64,000 bases of DNA from Babesia bigemina (lineage: Eukaryota), in the NCBI RefSeq assembly GCF_000981445.1, contig NC_027217.1:1860001-1924000 (forward strand). Reading direction: 5' to 3'. The number at the start of each line of letters is the position of its first letter. The first letter of the stretch is position 1. Position numbers and translations under genes: made by a program. The notes under the pieces are model-generated. The model was not told the origin of the DNA. It searched no databases and saw only the letters and a list, made by a program, of their open reading frames with translations. This document shows, piece after piece, positions 1-14,000 of the stretch.

Positions 1-7
1 TCCGCAG

Positions 8-3000
8 GGATCTACATCGGCTGTGTACGGTTCGCTAACGTGCCCAATAGTCGGGTACATAGGGGAGGACGGTCGTGTGATCAGTGGAGCCGAATCCTTG
101 GTTGTAACTTGCGAAAGAGGTGAGTATCTGAAAGGTGATAAGTGCCTGCCTTGTGAGGTTGGCTCATATTGCCACGGTGGCAATGCGCAGCCGATTCGCT
201 GCAGCGCCGGAATGACAACGGAGAAGCCTGGTGCAGGTGCGTATACGGATTGCATGTGCAACGCGGGGTACGAATGGGTTGGAGGCCGTTGCATTGCGTG
301 CAGCCGGACCTCTTACAAGGAGGAGATAGGTAATACCCGTTGCACGCGGTGCAGGACGGCTGCCAGCGCGAGCGGCGTGCTTTACACCCCGCACGTCGGC
401 GCAACGTCAAGGCGCCAGTGTGAGTACTGCAATGAAGGGTTCTACCACGATGTGAATAAGGTGTCTTGTGTGCCTTGCCCTGTGGATTCGTATTGCGCCG
501 GTAGCGGTACCATCCCTGTGTTCTGCCCAAGCAACACCGTCACTAATGGCACCAACGCTAGCAGCCGCAATGACTGTTTGTGCGCAAAGGGTTACGGATA
601 CGGGACAGCAACTCGATTCATCATGTCTTACGACAACGCGTGCACTTCGTGTCCCATCAACACCTTCCAGCATATCAACGGTGCGGGAACGCAGTGTTTA
701 CCTTGCCCGCGAAACACCTACACTGCGTCGATTGGCGCCGCTTCGTTGGGAGAGTGTTTGCCCGAGCCCGGATATTACAGCCCATATGGTAGAAGCGTAA
801 AGGGTGTGATTTCACAGTTAGAGTCAATAGATTTCAAAACGCTGGGAAGTTCTTCGTTCGTGAAATGCAGCGCTGACGTACGTTTTGATGCCCCGTTTTC
901 GATCACAGTTATGACGCGATCCTTGCTTTCATGTGTTGATCTGTGTAGGAACAACGTGTACTGCCGTTACGTTCACTATGGAGAGAGGTTGGGCGGGATG
1001 CAACACACCGAGCCGCAGCTGGTGGCGTACTCGTCCAAGGTTTACCACCCATGCAAGCTGATAATGTCGTACGAGAGATTCCACGTACCGGACTTATCTG
1101 CACATTCTTTCAAGGTTATGGATAGGAAAACGCACCGTTACAATGTTCTTTGCGAAATTGAGCGCCCGAAACTCGCCTCGATCCCGAACGTGTTCTCGGT
1201 GTTGAAATGCCCGATGAACTACTATTGCCCTGGTGGTGAGAAATTCAGCAGCTTCCGGTGCCCTGAAAATTCCATGACTCTCACAACAGGCGCCTATCAC
1301 AGCGGCCATTGTCTCTGCATGCCCGGATTCGAGCTCTCCAACAGCGCAAGCATAAGTTCGTGCGTCCCATGCAAAGAAGGATTTTACAAAGAGAGCATGT
1401 CGAACGCTCCTTGCACTGCTTGTCCAGCTAAGATGACAACATTTGGGAAGGGTGCTGTTTCTGCCACCCAATGTGTTTGCTCTGTTGGTTTTTTCGCCTA
1501 CCCCAGCTCCGAAAAGCCTCAGGCAACATTGCCAGCACTTGTTCCAACATCGGGTTTGCCTATGGTGCGCAATGCGTCTGTGTTGACAGACTTTGTGATC
1601 GCTACGTTCAACTACTTTGGTAGTACAAATAGCACGGATGCGTTGAAGAATTTCGAATGTAATGCATGCCCCGAAGGCTACGTGTGCCCCGGTAAGTGGC
1701 TCCCGCACATGGCTTTCACAATTCACCATCCTCCCATTTCGTGTCCGTATGGTTCATCTGTGCCATATGTTTCTCATAATGTGAATTCGGTGGGCAAATG
1801 CATGTGTAAACCGGGTTACGGTTCCGGTAACGCATTTGGTGACGGTATCGTTCTGTCTTGTCGGAAATGCGCACGGGGTACATTCAGTGAAACGTTTAAC
1901 ACATCGACATGCGCGGGTCGTTGCAACGATTACGCGACGACGTTCCCTGGCGCCAAGTCTGCTAAGGATTGTTTCTGCCTTCCTGGACGTTTCATGACAT
2001 TGCAAATGATCGACGGTGAGAACAAATTTGTCTGCAAAAAGTGCTCCGAGGGCATCATTTGCCCAGGTGGTTTCAGGCATCGTGACGCATCCGTGCAGAT
2101 ATCTGACGATCCTAACACAGCCATTTTCAGCCACAGTCCTCAGTATCCACGTATGGGTTACATGGCCATTTACAAACAGCATGGAACCCAAAGTGCGGAT
2201 GAAGTGAAGTGGATGCCTCACAAGCATGAGACGTACATACTGAATCCGCCGACCCCATCCCAACTTGGGTTGTACGAACACGTCCCTGACATTCACCCGT
2301 GCATTTATCCCAACCGTTGCAATGGATCTGGGGGCAATTTATGCGTAGATGGAACACACGGCTATCTCTGTGGTAAGTGCAAACCTGGCTACGACACGCG
2401 TTATTTCCAATCCCGTTGCTTCAAGTGCTTAAACGTGTTTATTGAAAGCTTTCGTTTGATATTACCTCGTGTGATATTGCCCCTCATTGTGTTTTTAATC
2501 TGCCAGGTGAACAACGGTATCTTGTTCAGCGGCAACTTTTCTCTCATTGTCCTATTCAAGATCTGGTACATGTTCACCTTCTCTCTTGTACCGCTTGGTA
2601 TGATGCAGCTTACTACGTCTTCCAGTCTTGGTCGATTTTACAACCTCTACCACAACTACTTCTACAAGATGATTGGGCTATTTATGACTATAGAGCGTGT
2701 GGGTTGTTGGGAGCCTTGGATTCGGCGCATTCTTGTTGTGTTGAACCGGTGGGGATTTGGGCTTATAAAGGTTAATCCGGACCAAGAAATGGAATACATC
2801 CACCTATGGTATATACAACGTGCTGTGGTGATTGCGAAACCATTGGTGGATCTCCTGGTGCTGTGCATGTTGTATTATCCATGTCGGAGTATCCGTAAAT
2901 TTGTGGTTTTTAAGCTCTTTGGCGAATCACAGACGAATGCGATGGATTCACGCATAGATTCGTTACTAAAGATGGCGGAATCCGGTGATTCTGTTGTTGA

Positions 3001-4954
3001 GGGTGGCGCTGAAGAAGGTATTGTGTCATTGGAATCGTTGGAGAAACCGAGTGATAAAGATTCCACTCGTGATGTGTACGTGAAGAGTCGCAAGGCGGAG
3101 AACGTGTTTTTGCTCCAGCAGATGCTCTTTTTGCTTGTTCTGCACATGCCAGGTTCCGTCATCAACAGCTTGTCTATGTTGTGGTGTACCCCTGTGCGCT
3201 ATAAGGAGGGTGACATGGTATACATATTGATGCACCTGCCTGAGCAGGTTTGCGATCCGAACGATCGTCTCTTCAGATACGGTTGGTTGGTTGGAGCAGT
3301 GAATATTCTTCTTTGGTTTACTATGTTGGTCGCCTTGTTCTTTATGCTATCTCGGTCGCATTATACCCCGAGGTCGTGGAACACTCTTTTCATGGCAGGA
3401 TGCGATGTCAACTGCCGCTGGTGGGATGTGGTGCAATTATCGCGTCAAGCGTTGCTATGTTGCTTAATCGTGTGCCACTATTCAATTGACCCGAAAGGCG
3501 ACACGGAGTACATGCGCGTGACGTGTTATTTGATTCTGCATTTCATTTACCTCACCTTACATTTGTGTTTCTCGCCGTACGATTATCGCAACAATGGTAG
3601 TTTCAACCACCTCGAGACGACGGTTTTATTGGGTAATCTATGTATGTGCATCTTCATACAAGGCAGTTTTATGTACGACTTTTCGGATTTAGCTGGGTTC
3701 CCTATCGTGGTTTCGCTTTTGGTCCACATCAAGATTATGTGGGCGATAGCGGTTGAGTACGGCAACATAAAGTTTGCGAACATCAAGCGCAACGGTAAGA
3801 AGGAGTTCACCAACATGGTGCTCGACTTCCTGCCGTCCGTTTTCGAGCATCGCAATGCCAATGTATATTACGATTACAAGAATGACAACATAGTGCTGGA
3901 GGCAGCGGAAACTCGAATTAAAAACCGCGGATTCTACAATCGTTTGATAAAACGCCCGTTATTGAAGTTTGCCAACTTCGTGGGCCTGACATCCAAGCGG
4001 CCGGAAGAATCTGCGTCGTGCTGTTATTCGTTAAAGAACCGTGACTTTTTGATTATGTGCATCCATGCGACCATACAGAAATGCAACATGGACAGGGGCA
4101 CTATTGCGCTTCCCAACGCGTGGTTTTACTTTGTCACAAGCTACGTGTTTTGGTACTGCCATTGCCTGCACAGCGATCTTCACGACAGCAACTTGTCCAA
4201 CAATGCGTACTTCCACAAACTGGTGTTCTGCCACTTCTTCCCGCAGGACAACATGTCTGATGAATCGTTAGCGAATTTCCTGGTCAAATTCCCGATCAGG
4301 CGGCTCTCGTCACACCGATCGGTTCATCACAATGGCAAGGCATGCGATGGGAAATGTGAAATAATGTCAGGTGACAAGAAGAAATGGCGAAAGGTGGAGG
4401 AAGTAGCCGAGAGCCTTCTAGTGGAATGCTTGTTCGACACTCTCTACGACCTTGGGCCTGTGACCCTGATAGAGTTTTATTACGGTCTGCTCTCGCTGAA
4501 TCAGCTCCGCAACTCCGTCGTCTTCCGCCTCTTCGAAGGATTCCGTATTCACGCGCTCTTCCTGAAAGACGAAAAGGAATTCCAGCTGTGCCGTGAAGCT
4601 GATGACTTGAACGAGACGATTTCTAACCTCAAGTATGGTATTTCACAGAAGGGCGAAATGGGTGTGATGGCGCTACAGCGGTACGAGTTGTCTTTGCAAC
4701 TGGACGACATTGACTTATCCATTTCGGAACTGGAGGCCAACATCGACCGTCAGCGGAATGTTATCATGGCCGGCCGTGCCGCCGCAGCGGTTGCGTTGAA
4801 CCTTCATCTTGGCGTCGACAACATCGTTTCCAACGACTTGAATCACGATGATATATTGGCGGCCATAAGTTCCACGCCTCACGGATCTGCTCATGCCAAC
4901 AACATGCAGCGTAGGAAGGGTATACTTGCACCCACCTACAAGCTGAGACACTAG
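8..4954 (+). CDS. Cysteine repeat modular protein (CRMP/GCC2-GCC3 repeat family), 5'-truncated; last large exon
   Basis: Many 'C.PCP..T......A.S...C.C..GY' (GCC2_GCC3/ephrin-receptor-like) repeats; PAN/apple-like SCVDLCRNNVYCRYVHY; 'LCVDGTHGYLCGKCKPGY' before a multi-pass hydrophobic region; C-terminal coiled coil. Frame is open from the window start, with a possible acceptor ccgcag at 2-7. Confidence 0.85.
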   Translation, partial: GSTSAVYGSLTCPIVGYIGEDGRVISGAESLVVTCERGEYLKGDKCLPCEVGSYCHGGNAQPIRCSAGMTTEKPGAGAYTDCMCNAGYEWVGGRCIACSRTSYKEEIGNTRCTRCRTAASASGVLYTPHVGATSRRQCEYCNEGFYHDVNKVSCVPCPVDSYCAGSGTIPVFCPSNTVTNGTNASSRNDCLCAKGYGYGTATRFIMSYDNACTSCPINTFQHINGAGTQCLPCPRNTYTASIGAASLGECLPEPGYYSPYGRSVKGVISQLESIDFKTLGSSSFVKCSADVRFDAPFSITVMTRSLLSCVDLCRNNVYCRYVHYGERLGGMQHTEPQLVAYSSKVYHPCKLIMSYERFHVPDLSAHSFKVMDRKTHRYNVLCEIERPKLASIPNVFSVLKCPMNYYCPGGEKFSSFRCPENSMTLTTGAYHSGHCLCMPGFELSNSASISSCVPCKEGFYKESMSNAPCTACPAKMTTFGKGAVSATQCVCSVGFFAYPSSEKPQATLPALVPTSGLPMVRNASVLTDFVIATFNYFGSTNSTDALKNFECNACPEGYVCPGKWLPHMAFTIHHPPISCPYGSSVPYVSHNVNSVGKCMCKPGYGSGNAFGDGIVLSCRKCARGTFSETFNTSTCAGRCNDYATTFPGAKSAKDCFCLPGRFMTLQMIDGENKFVCKKCSEGIICPGGFRHRDASVQISDDPNTAIFSHSPQYPRMGYMAIYKQHGTQSADEVKWMPHKHETYILNPPTPSQLGLYEHVPDIHPCIYPNRCNGSGGNLCVDGTHGYLCGKCKPGYDTRYFQSRCFKCLNVFIESFRLILPRVILPLIVFLICQVNNGILFSGNFSLIVLFKIWYMFTFSLVPLGMMQLTTSSSLGRFYNLYHNYFYKMIGLFMTIERVGCWEPWIRRILVVLNRWGFGLIKVNPDQEMEYIHLWYIQRAVVIAKPLVDLLVLCMLYYPCRSIRKFVVFKLFGESQTNAMDSRIDSLLKMAESGDSVVEGGAEEGIVSLESLEKPSDKDSTRDVYVKSRKAENVFLLQQMLFLLVLHMPGSVINSLSMLWCTPVRYKEGDMVYILMHLPEQVCDPNDRLFRYGWLVGAVNILLWFTMLVALFFMLSRSHYTPRSWNTLFMAGCDVNCRWWDVVQLSRQALLCCLIVCHYSIDPKGDTEYMRVTCYLILHFIYLTLHLCFSPYDYRNNGSFNHLETTVLLGNLCMCIFIQGSFMYDFSDLAGFPIVVSLLVHIKIMWAIAVEYGNIKFANIKRNGKKEFTNMVLDFLPSVFEHRNANVYYDYKNDNIVLEAAETRIKNRGFYNRLIKRPLLKFANFVGLTSKRPEESASCCYSLKNRDFLIMCIHATIQKCNMDRGTIALPNAWFYFVTSYVFWYCHCLHSDLHDSNLSNNAYFHKLVFCHFFPQDNMSDESLANFLVKFPIRRLSSHRSVHHNGKACDGKCEIMSGDKKKWRKVEEVAESLLVECLFDTLYDLGPVTLIEFYYGLLSLNQLRNSVVFRLFEGFRIHALFLKDEKEFQLCREADDLNETISNLKYGISQKGEMGVMALQRYELSLQLDDIDLSISELEANIDRQRNVIMAGRAAAAVALNLHLGVDNIVSNDLNHDDILAAISSTPHGSAHANNMQRRKGILAPTYKLRH

Positions 4955-5038
4955 AAGTGTCATGGAGTCTGCGAGGCTCAAGTGTCCCCCTGGTTGGGGT
5001 TTGAACCTCGAGATAACCACTTTTTAATTTATATAAAA

Positions 5039-8000
5039 ATGCATATCAAGCTGTCTTACGCGTTTGTCCACGTCGCTTTTGGCGTTTGGCTGGCAAATTT
5101 GTATTCCGCTTTGGCAGACGTAGTGAAAGGTTCGTTTTTGCCCAACTCTGTTGCACCATTTGCAGATGATAAGCCATACGTTTTATGCTTGCCACGTGGT
5201 TACGGCCCGTGTGATTTAAGGGATCGACTTGTAGATCAAGGCGTGCTACGCTACTTCGTGATAGAAACTCCTAGGAATGAAGTTGTGTCGGTTTGCCGGG
5301 GTGAAAGTGTACGGCTGGAGGGTACACTATACCTGCCCGAAAGACTCGTTCCTCATGCATACCTCTGCGCATCCGATAATAAGAAATTAACGTTCGTTGC
5401 TAGGATCCTCTTCATTGGTTAGTTCCGTTTTGGGGGTTTTGATAAGTTACAGGAATTATACGGGATAGCGTAAAAGCCAGAATATCTTATGGCAGAATAT
5501 TTGAAGCTGTTGCAGAAAGATACCTGCCGCAAGTAAATCTGCCGGAGTACATGAAAAACGTTTTTACCATAGCGGTAAAGAGAGATTCATGCAGTTCTGA
5601 TGAAGGCGCGCTAGCTACACCGAGAGCATCTTCTGAAGGAGGTAACGTGTTTGTTGCCATCTTTTACAAACCCCCCGCAGTTATGAGTGTCATAAATTAC
5701 AATTCAAGTGCTGAACTTAAGTCGGTTACAAAGCGTGTGCTGCTCTGTGGCTGCCCATTACACGGTTCGTGCGAGAGCAGCAAGGACTTTACCCTTTTTA
5801 TTGCCTCACCCACCATTGAAGGTACGGTATATAACGTCTCAGCAGATAACGTTTGTGATAGGACCATTTATTGATAAGAGCATTTCTGTGGACTGCGCAT
5901 ACGGCGTGAGATGTTTACTACCCATAAAAGGCACTTACAAAAGAACAACGCCGACATTCGCAGTTTCCTACGACACGCATCACAATGATTACGTATTGCT
6001 TCAACCACACACAACGCATTACGAGTATGTTATCGATGAAAACAAATATGGTTCGATTGAGCACGTCGAAGTTAATTTAGTGTGGTTCCCGGATGGCGAT
6101 GACGGAAGTCAGAATGCTGTAAAGATTGGCACCATAAAGATTCACAACTACAAACATAAAGATTTGTTGATGGTTCCATTCGGACTGCAAGAGGTGAGCT
6201 TTAAACTTGAAATTGCGGGTACTGGTGACCGTCTGTTGATTTTTGAGGGCCCCAAGGATGGAGATACAGATCTGGTGGACCCCTCCGATTATAAATGGCG
6301 ATTATTATCTGAAGTATCGTTAGAAAACGATAAATTTATCATCGATCACAACTTCAATGTCGATAAGCGTTACGTGTTATTGCTCAGCTGGCCGTGTGTT
6401 GGGAGTTTTTGTTCTTTAATCGAAGCTAAAGAGAGCGTCGGACTTGTTTCCAATATTATATTGCAGGGTTCGTTTACCTTTTAGAATACATACTGTTTTA
6501 TACATGTACCTCTGTGTCATCTGCTAATGTATACATGGCCTGCATATTGCTGAATGGCCACATCAATGCATTTGTAATGAATCAATTTTGCATAGCGGTA
6601 GTTTCATACGTAACTACATACTCTACCTGATGACGCATTTTAAAACTTTGCTTAGGTCCAGTGCAACCGGTGAAAAGGATCTGCACGGTTGGTGCATTAT
6701 GCCGATTTTCGCTTCCAACTGTGAACATGCCTGAAAAGCGGATTCCCCCTGTGATCATTTCCAAAAAGTGCACGCCAGATACAATCGTGGATCCATACAT
6801 GACGGAAACGGGCTTGCCAACGGATGTGGAGTATGGAGACGATGGCGTGGCAACGATTGTATGGTCTCTTTCTGATGAAGGTACCGGAATGGATGTGGGT
6901 GATATTCTACGACTATGTTGGTGCGGTTTCAGTACTGGCAACTCGATTCAGTGCACAAATAGTGGCTTTTCAATTGAGGCAGGTAGATTGTTTGTTGTAC
7001 CCGCAGCTGATACAACGATCCACTGCTATGCTGGGGCCATGTGCTCGACCTTCGTGGAACATACGGATAGGCCACCTATGAGATACTTCTTGTCAAAAGA
7101 TGGCAGAATAACAGGGTCATTATATTTTACACACACCACAATATTTTTCCAGAAGACTTTATATATGGTGGAGGGCAAAAGCTTAGTACATTTGCAGGGT
7201 TATATGACCTATAGAGGTTCGTGTGAATTGTCTGCGTGTTTATATGTTTCAGAGGGTATTAGTGGAAGATATTACCTATCTACCCTCCATAAGAACAGCG
7301 AGAACGCCGGTGCCCTAATATTCGATAAGGTTGATCAACGTTTCAGAGTAAACGGTACGTGGTTCGTGATGTTCAGATGAATCTTGCGCAGTGCCACTGT
7401 TGAAGAGGGACCGCTACTACCTTCCGATTTTCTCGCAAACTGTAATAAAGTTGAAGGGTGAGATATAACACATGTATGATAATTTTTTACAGAGAATCAA
7501 TCGTCTCTCCAATACCTGATAATAGCGCAGTCCTGTGGCATGGCGAACTTGAATACCGCAAATGCGCGTTACGAAGTAGGGGGATTCAAGTTGGGATCTG
7601 GTGTACTTGCTTCCGAACCTGATATTTGCTGGTGCAAGCCGTACAAGAACGTGAATTGCACGAAATCTGAGGACTACAAAATACGGGCAGGCAAAGTATT
7701 TGCTAGTGGATTTGTAAAGCTCCAATACCTTGTCTGCGATGTGAAATCGTTCTGTGAAATCCGTCTGCGATACTTATTTTACTACCAACTGATCAGAGAA
7801 TCGGATTCGCTCCTACCCGCCAATTCCATCATAAGCATACAGAAGAATGGTTGCAAAGTTATCCCCAATGATCCCAACATATTAGAACATTGCGAAAGCA
7901 GTAATCGAGAAGTCATTGATAACCTGCACGACATATTCACTGCGAGCATTGATTTGCACTTCGTAGGCGTCTTAAAGCATGATAAACCAGGTAAATACGC

Positions 8001-11000
8001 TGTATGCTACATTGATAAGGATAAGAATAAGATTGCGAAAGTTAGCGATATTAATCTTCGTGGAATATATGAACAACCAAGATCAGTTGCTATTTACCTT
8101 GGCAAGCCGTTCCCCGTAACGTTGCGCGGTCATCACATGCGCGGCGTGGTAGGATTTCTGAGCACCGATGCAGAGTGCCGTAAAAAGGCACGTGACGAGC
8201 GATTTGACGTGGAAATGACTGAATCACCGGATTCAACGGTGACCACAAAGAATATTACGCTCATGATTTGGAATAACGTTGTGATTATTAGGAATGCAAC
8301 CGGCCGCTCGGTATCCACCAAAAACACACGGCCAGATATAGTGACTTATCATATGTGCGTGTCTACCGGTTACGGAATACACAAAACGGGTTTATCGTAC
8401 ACGCTGCTTGGTCCCAATGTGCTGCACAAATCTGCCTTCGATGGCCCACGAGGGTTTGTGAACATACCAAATCTGTTACGGCTAAATGGAAGGAACCATT
8501 TGTTGGTTGTAACTTTCTTGTACCAACCGTCTAAAATTGAATCATGTGAGTCCAACGATTGGGTGAATAATGCAGAAAGATTAACGTTTTCAGTATACCA
8601 TTATAACAGGAAAGATGCTGAAATTACGCTGTTCCCCACGCTTTTGTATTCGGCTAATACATACATATGCTGGTGTATCGCTGATGCATGTACTACGCTG
8701 AGTAATTTCCGAGTAAGTCTCTACATCCCCCCGGACATTGAAGAATTGCAATTTCAAACAATTATGGCTCATGACTTACCCAGAAAGGCTAGCATTTCCG
8801 GTTATTATAACACATTTCTCGATCGAATTAAGTTTGTAGATTCCGTGGACAAGTGCGGCGCTACAAACACTATACTGCCGAAGGGACTGTTCAGCAATTC
8901 CGGCATAACGACGCTTTCGGACGAACGTGTCACGTATGATTCCATGAGGATAATCGGCCATGCGTTCCTGCGTACTCCATCGGAAATTAAAATCGGTGAT
9001 ACGTTTAAATGGTATACGCAGTTAATTCCTCCTCTGGATGAGGATATGTTTCGTGAATTAAGGGTGCGCCTGTGTTACTGCTCCTTTTTAGCAAATAACA
9101 GCTGTGAACACGACGCTGATTATACAGATTGGGTCGGAGCGATTGTAAACCTGGAAAAACGAGCCACAACAAACGAAATGATACTTCGTTTGAGCACCTA
9201 CTCGGCGGATATCGACCGCAGTTTCGTTCCTTGTGATCCCGATGCGCCCGTTAAATCAGTTGATACTGCGTACTACCGGGTCAGGGAAACCTCCAACGGT
9301 ATTGGCGGCATTTTGATGTCGTATTTAAAAGAATTTCGGAAGAACCGTCAGGGTTTTTTCATAGAGATTTGCCGTCGCCACGTTAACAAGAATAGTGACA
9401 AGCAGCATCATTACGAACAAGTTTTCGGATCCATGCGTGCCGGATTCTATGGGATGCAGAAGCTGTATTTTATGGCTGAACAGCCTCAGGAAGTTGTGAT
9501 TTTCGGTTGTAACGTACGAGGCAACCGTGTAGCTGAATTCCTGGCTGTGAAGCCCTACGCCAACTGCAGCACTTTGACATCTGCGAATGTTGTGGCGCGC
9601 TCCAGGATTGTGCGTCGCACAGATAGGAACAGTATCATATTCAGCAATATAAAAATTAACGAAGCTGGTACTTACAAGTTGTGTCTACGGTATAGATCTA
9701 GAATATCTGGCCTGGCTGCCAATAAAAAGGACAAATCTGTCGTGTCCAAAGATGTATCTGAAAAGAGTGAAATGCAACAACCGGTTTCAACTCCCAATCC
9801 TTTGAATAACGAAGCAAAACCGTCTTCTAAAGTTGATGTGGGTGGAACTCAGAAAGGTGTTACCAGCGACATCGTCACCTCTTCGCCGGCTTCAACAAAA
9901 CCAAATTTAAATACAGTCAATGGCACCCTTTCAGAGGAAAACGCTGAAGATGAGATTTTGTATGAGATGGGAGGAATAATAAAGGTTGTCGATTACCGTG
10001 TGTTTTGCATAGCCGATGTGGTAGCTATGGCCTTTAACGGGTTTGAGGGGAAGCCGTTGGAAACAAGTATCAGGCATTACTCAACTAATTGCGTCGGGGA
10101 ATGGTACGAAAACTTTAGCCTTGTCGGCGTATTGCCTCATTCCAGGGTACTCGTTTTAGCGGATTGCACCAACATAACATATGCCATGCAGATCCCCGAT
10201 GACGTTGATTTTACCGCCGCTGCGGCTGGTTTGCACGCTGCGCCTGCCTCTGATGCTAAAATAAACGAACTACCGCTATGGGCTAGAAACGTATGGGTGG
10301 TGTTTCCTGTACATTCCGAAATGGAACAAGTCTGGATTACCTGTAAGGAGTTTAAGAATTACCAGATCATTTTATTCCTGGGCGCCACCTATGTTTACGG
10401 TTTCAGTATGCCGCTGCGCCAGGAGTTGCCGGCTCCTAAATTTGTATTCAAGCATCAATTGTTGAATCCGATGGACATCACCTACGCCAGGAACATGGTG
10501 ATAATTTCGGACGAATTCACGCGCACTTTACGATCTTTTCCACCCATAAATATTTCTGATGATAAGCTCGTAAGCACTGTGCTACGATCAGGTTGCTATC
10601 ACAATGCGCTGTACTATATGCACCGGGAGAAAGGCCGTGGTGAATTATACGCGTTAGATGCGTCCGACAACACCCTAAAGCGATACGCGTTCAGTGATTA
10701 TAACCAGCGTCTGGAATTAGATGAGAGGTACAATGGCATCAAAGGAAATGGCGGCGTTGCTGCATCACCTATTTACGCTGCCAGCTCCCTGGATGGTTAT
10801 ATAGTTCCCTTGAAAACAAAGCAACAAGAGGTTCTAATCATCGGTGAGAGCACTACAGGTCGCATGTTGGTGCTTAAGGCAGATGAGTATGACACATTGG
10901 TGTACAAGGAAATAAACACCAATTCCCAGTTGCATTTTCTAAACGTGTATTCTAATGGGTGGATAATGCTATCAATGTCACGATTCTACCAAGGACAAAT

Positions 11001-14000
11001 GAGGAATTGTTTGTTGAATCGCACCATAGGTTCTTATGTGACCCTCTCATTTCAGTACAACCTCATGACTACCTATCTGATTGGTAACATGATACAGCTG
11101 GATCCCGTTTTACATGGTGATTCATTTGATGCATTCGAGGAAGATGATGAAATACATGATGATAGAATAAGTCTGAAAGACTCCGGTTTAAATGTAGACT
11201 ACCATACAGGAACGATTCGTGGAGTTGTAAAGTTTAATGATTGCAACTACATTAGCATAAAGGGTGGCAACTTTTTGCGTACAACGACGCATACATTCCT
11301 CATGTGCTCAATATGCCCGCCTTCGCACTTTTTTAATAAAGAAACTGTGACGTGCGAGCAATGTACCATTGGGACTTACCGCAACGAAGAGCGTACAGAC
11401 AGTTGCTTTAGGTGTTCCGATTTTCGTGAGAACTCGACCACTCTAACTATTGGAGGGCGGACAAGCGCCGATTGTCTATGCGACAAACAATTCTACCTGA
11501 AGGACGGAAAGTGTGTTCCTTGTGCTGAGGCCACGTTCAAGGACACTGTGAGCAACGCCGAGTGCACTGGCACGTGTGGCCCAAATCGATCTTCCATACT
11601 CCGGATTGTGGATGGGAAGCCCGAACACGTGTGTCTCTGCAATGCGATGTTCTACGACTTCCGCCTTGCGCTTGATAAATTGGAATCGTTTCCTGAGGAT
11701 TTCAAACAAACGATAGGTATGGGTCCCGAATGCGTAGGAAAAGATGCGCAAAATTTGCATTGCACTCTTCCTTCGGCTGACGAATGCGTTCCTTGCCCAG
11801 TTGGTTACTATTGTCTTGGTCAGGAAGCCTTGCCTCAGCGCTGTAAAGACGGTAGCACCACGCAGGATACGCTAAGCAGTAGCCCCGCCAGCTGCGTTTG
11901 CGCCGCAGGTCATGGATATTGCGCGTATAAAGGCTGCATTCCATGCACAGGCTTTGGCTACAAGGACACTATTGACAACTCACGTTGCAAGGCCTGTCAT
12001 AGCGCGAAACACGTTTCGAGTCTGCTGCCGCCATTGCCGTCCCCAGGTCCCATTCGCGTAGTCACCGAAGCTGAATGGGATCACGAGCTACAGGTCTATC
12101 GCAGAATGCATCCTACCGAGTACAAAACGCTATTATCGCTTTTGGAGTCGTCCAGCCTATTCGCAAACTCCGAAACTGCTGGGCGTAGTGACGACTGCAA
12201 GTATTGCGTGGGGGGGACGTTTTTCGACATAAACCTGAAGATATGCCTCGAGTGTCCGCACGGTCGCTTTTGCCCCGGCGCCGACGCTCAGCCATCGTCG
12301 TGCGGGAGCAACGGCATCACACGCCACCCAGGCAGCATGACCGCCATGGACTGCTACTGTGCACGCGGCTACGGTAACCTGTTCCTAGGGCGCCATCCCA
12401 CATCCGGCGCGATTTGGTGTCGCCACTGCGTTGTTGGTTACTTTCAGCATCTGGAGTACGCCGACTACGGCTGTTTGCCTTGTCCGGAAAATTCTTCGAC
12501 GTCGGACTTCGGCGCCAAGAGCATTGTGGATTGCTCGCCCGATCCGGGTTACTTCCTATCGGTTACCAAAGTGAACCGTGTTAATGGAGAGGAATCAAGC
12601 ATTCTGCAGGATGAGGGTAAAAGCATGGAGGCGTCCATTGCTGGCAACCGTCAAAATATGCGTTCCAAGTGCTTCGATGCCATACGAACCGACATAACTG
12701 CAAGACACCAAGCGATACTGTTGAGGGACTCTCCGGCGAGCTGTCAAACCAGTTGCGTGGAGAATGTGTTTTGTCACGGTTACTCTTTTGAAACCACGAC
12801 GCAGTTCATGGAGAGTGACGTGGCCCCGTTCAAGGCGTACCAAACAGTCGTGTTCAACGGTCTCCGCTTCCTAAAGCGACCTTACGGCTTATGTACGTTG
12901 TACTTTTTCGACCTGAAGTTCCAGGACCTGACGGGCTCCGTTTTAAAGAACATCTCCGCGGGGGATGTGATTTCCGTATGCCGCGTTTTCGATGAAGATT
13001 TTGAATACCGCTTCGCCACGAAGCCGTGCCCCATAGGTCATTACTGTCACGGTGGAATAGACTACATGCGATGCCCCGATAATTCGACCACCATCGCCGA
13101 AGGCGCCTTTGCGTTGAACCATTGCCTCTGCCTTGCCGGCTACGAAATGTCTAACACCAGCGCTGGCGTCTGCGTCCCTTGCGAGCTGGGCACTTACAAA
13201 CAGGAGATCGGTAACGTTGGGTGCAGGCGGTGCCCCGACAAGTTCAGGACCTTCAACAAGGCGTCGAAGTACATCACCGATTGCGCCTGCAGTCCTGGTC
13301 ATTTCGCCAAGGTCACGAAGCACCACAACGATATGATATCGGAGGCCACGTACAAGCGCATGCGAGACCGAACGATTCTGCGCAGTTCACACCTGGAGGA
13401 GCTCAACTACTTCCAGTTTCGTCAGCAAGAGGAACAGCAACGGCTGCGTTCAATCAACCGTAGAGGCAACTCACACATTCTCGATTTACCCGTCGACGAT
13501 TCCGACCCCAGGTACCAGATAGAGTCGTTCATTCACCTGTCGAATGCCGTGCTGCTGTTGCCAAGCGTCGGCCAGTCTATGGTGAGCGCGTTCGACACCC
13601 ACTACGAAACCTTTGATTGCGAGCGGTGCAAGGATTATCACTACTGCCCCGGCGGCTGGATATCCAAGCTGCCTGAGAAAAAGATCCACAACATTCCCTA
13701 TCGATGCCCGCAAGGATCCAACGTGCCGGCTGAAGCGACGAATGCAACTTCCGTGACGCAGTGCTTATGCCTGCCGGGCTATCGGCTGAAGACCCACGTC
13801 CACGAGATGCCCCCTGACGTCTACGAGGGCAAGTACCCTAACGACGCGTTGTACTACCCTGACAGCGGGGAAACGCTGGGACTGCCTGACGACATAGCGG
13901 CGTTGAGCGGAGAGAACAGTGAGAACACAGGTGTATCATGGCTTGGGGACAAGCTGCCGTCGGCATCCGCTCAATCTCTCCTGGAGCACGCTACACGTAG

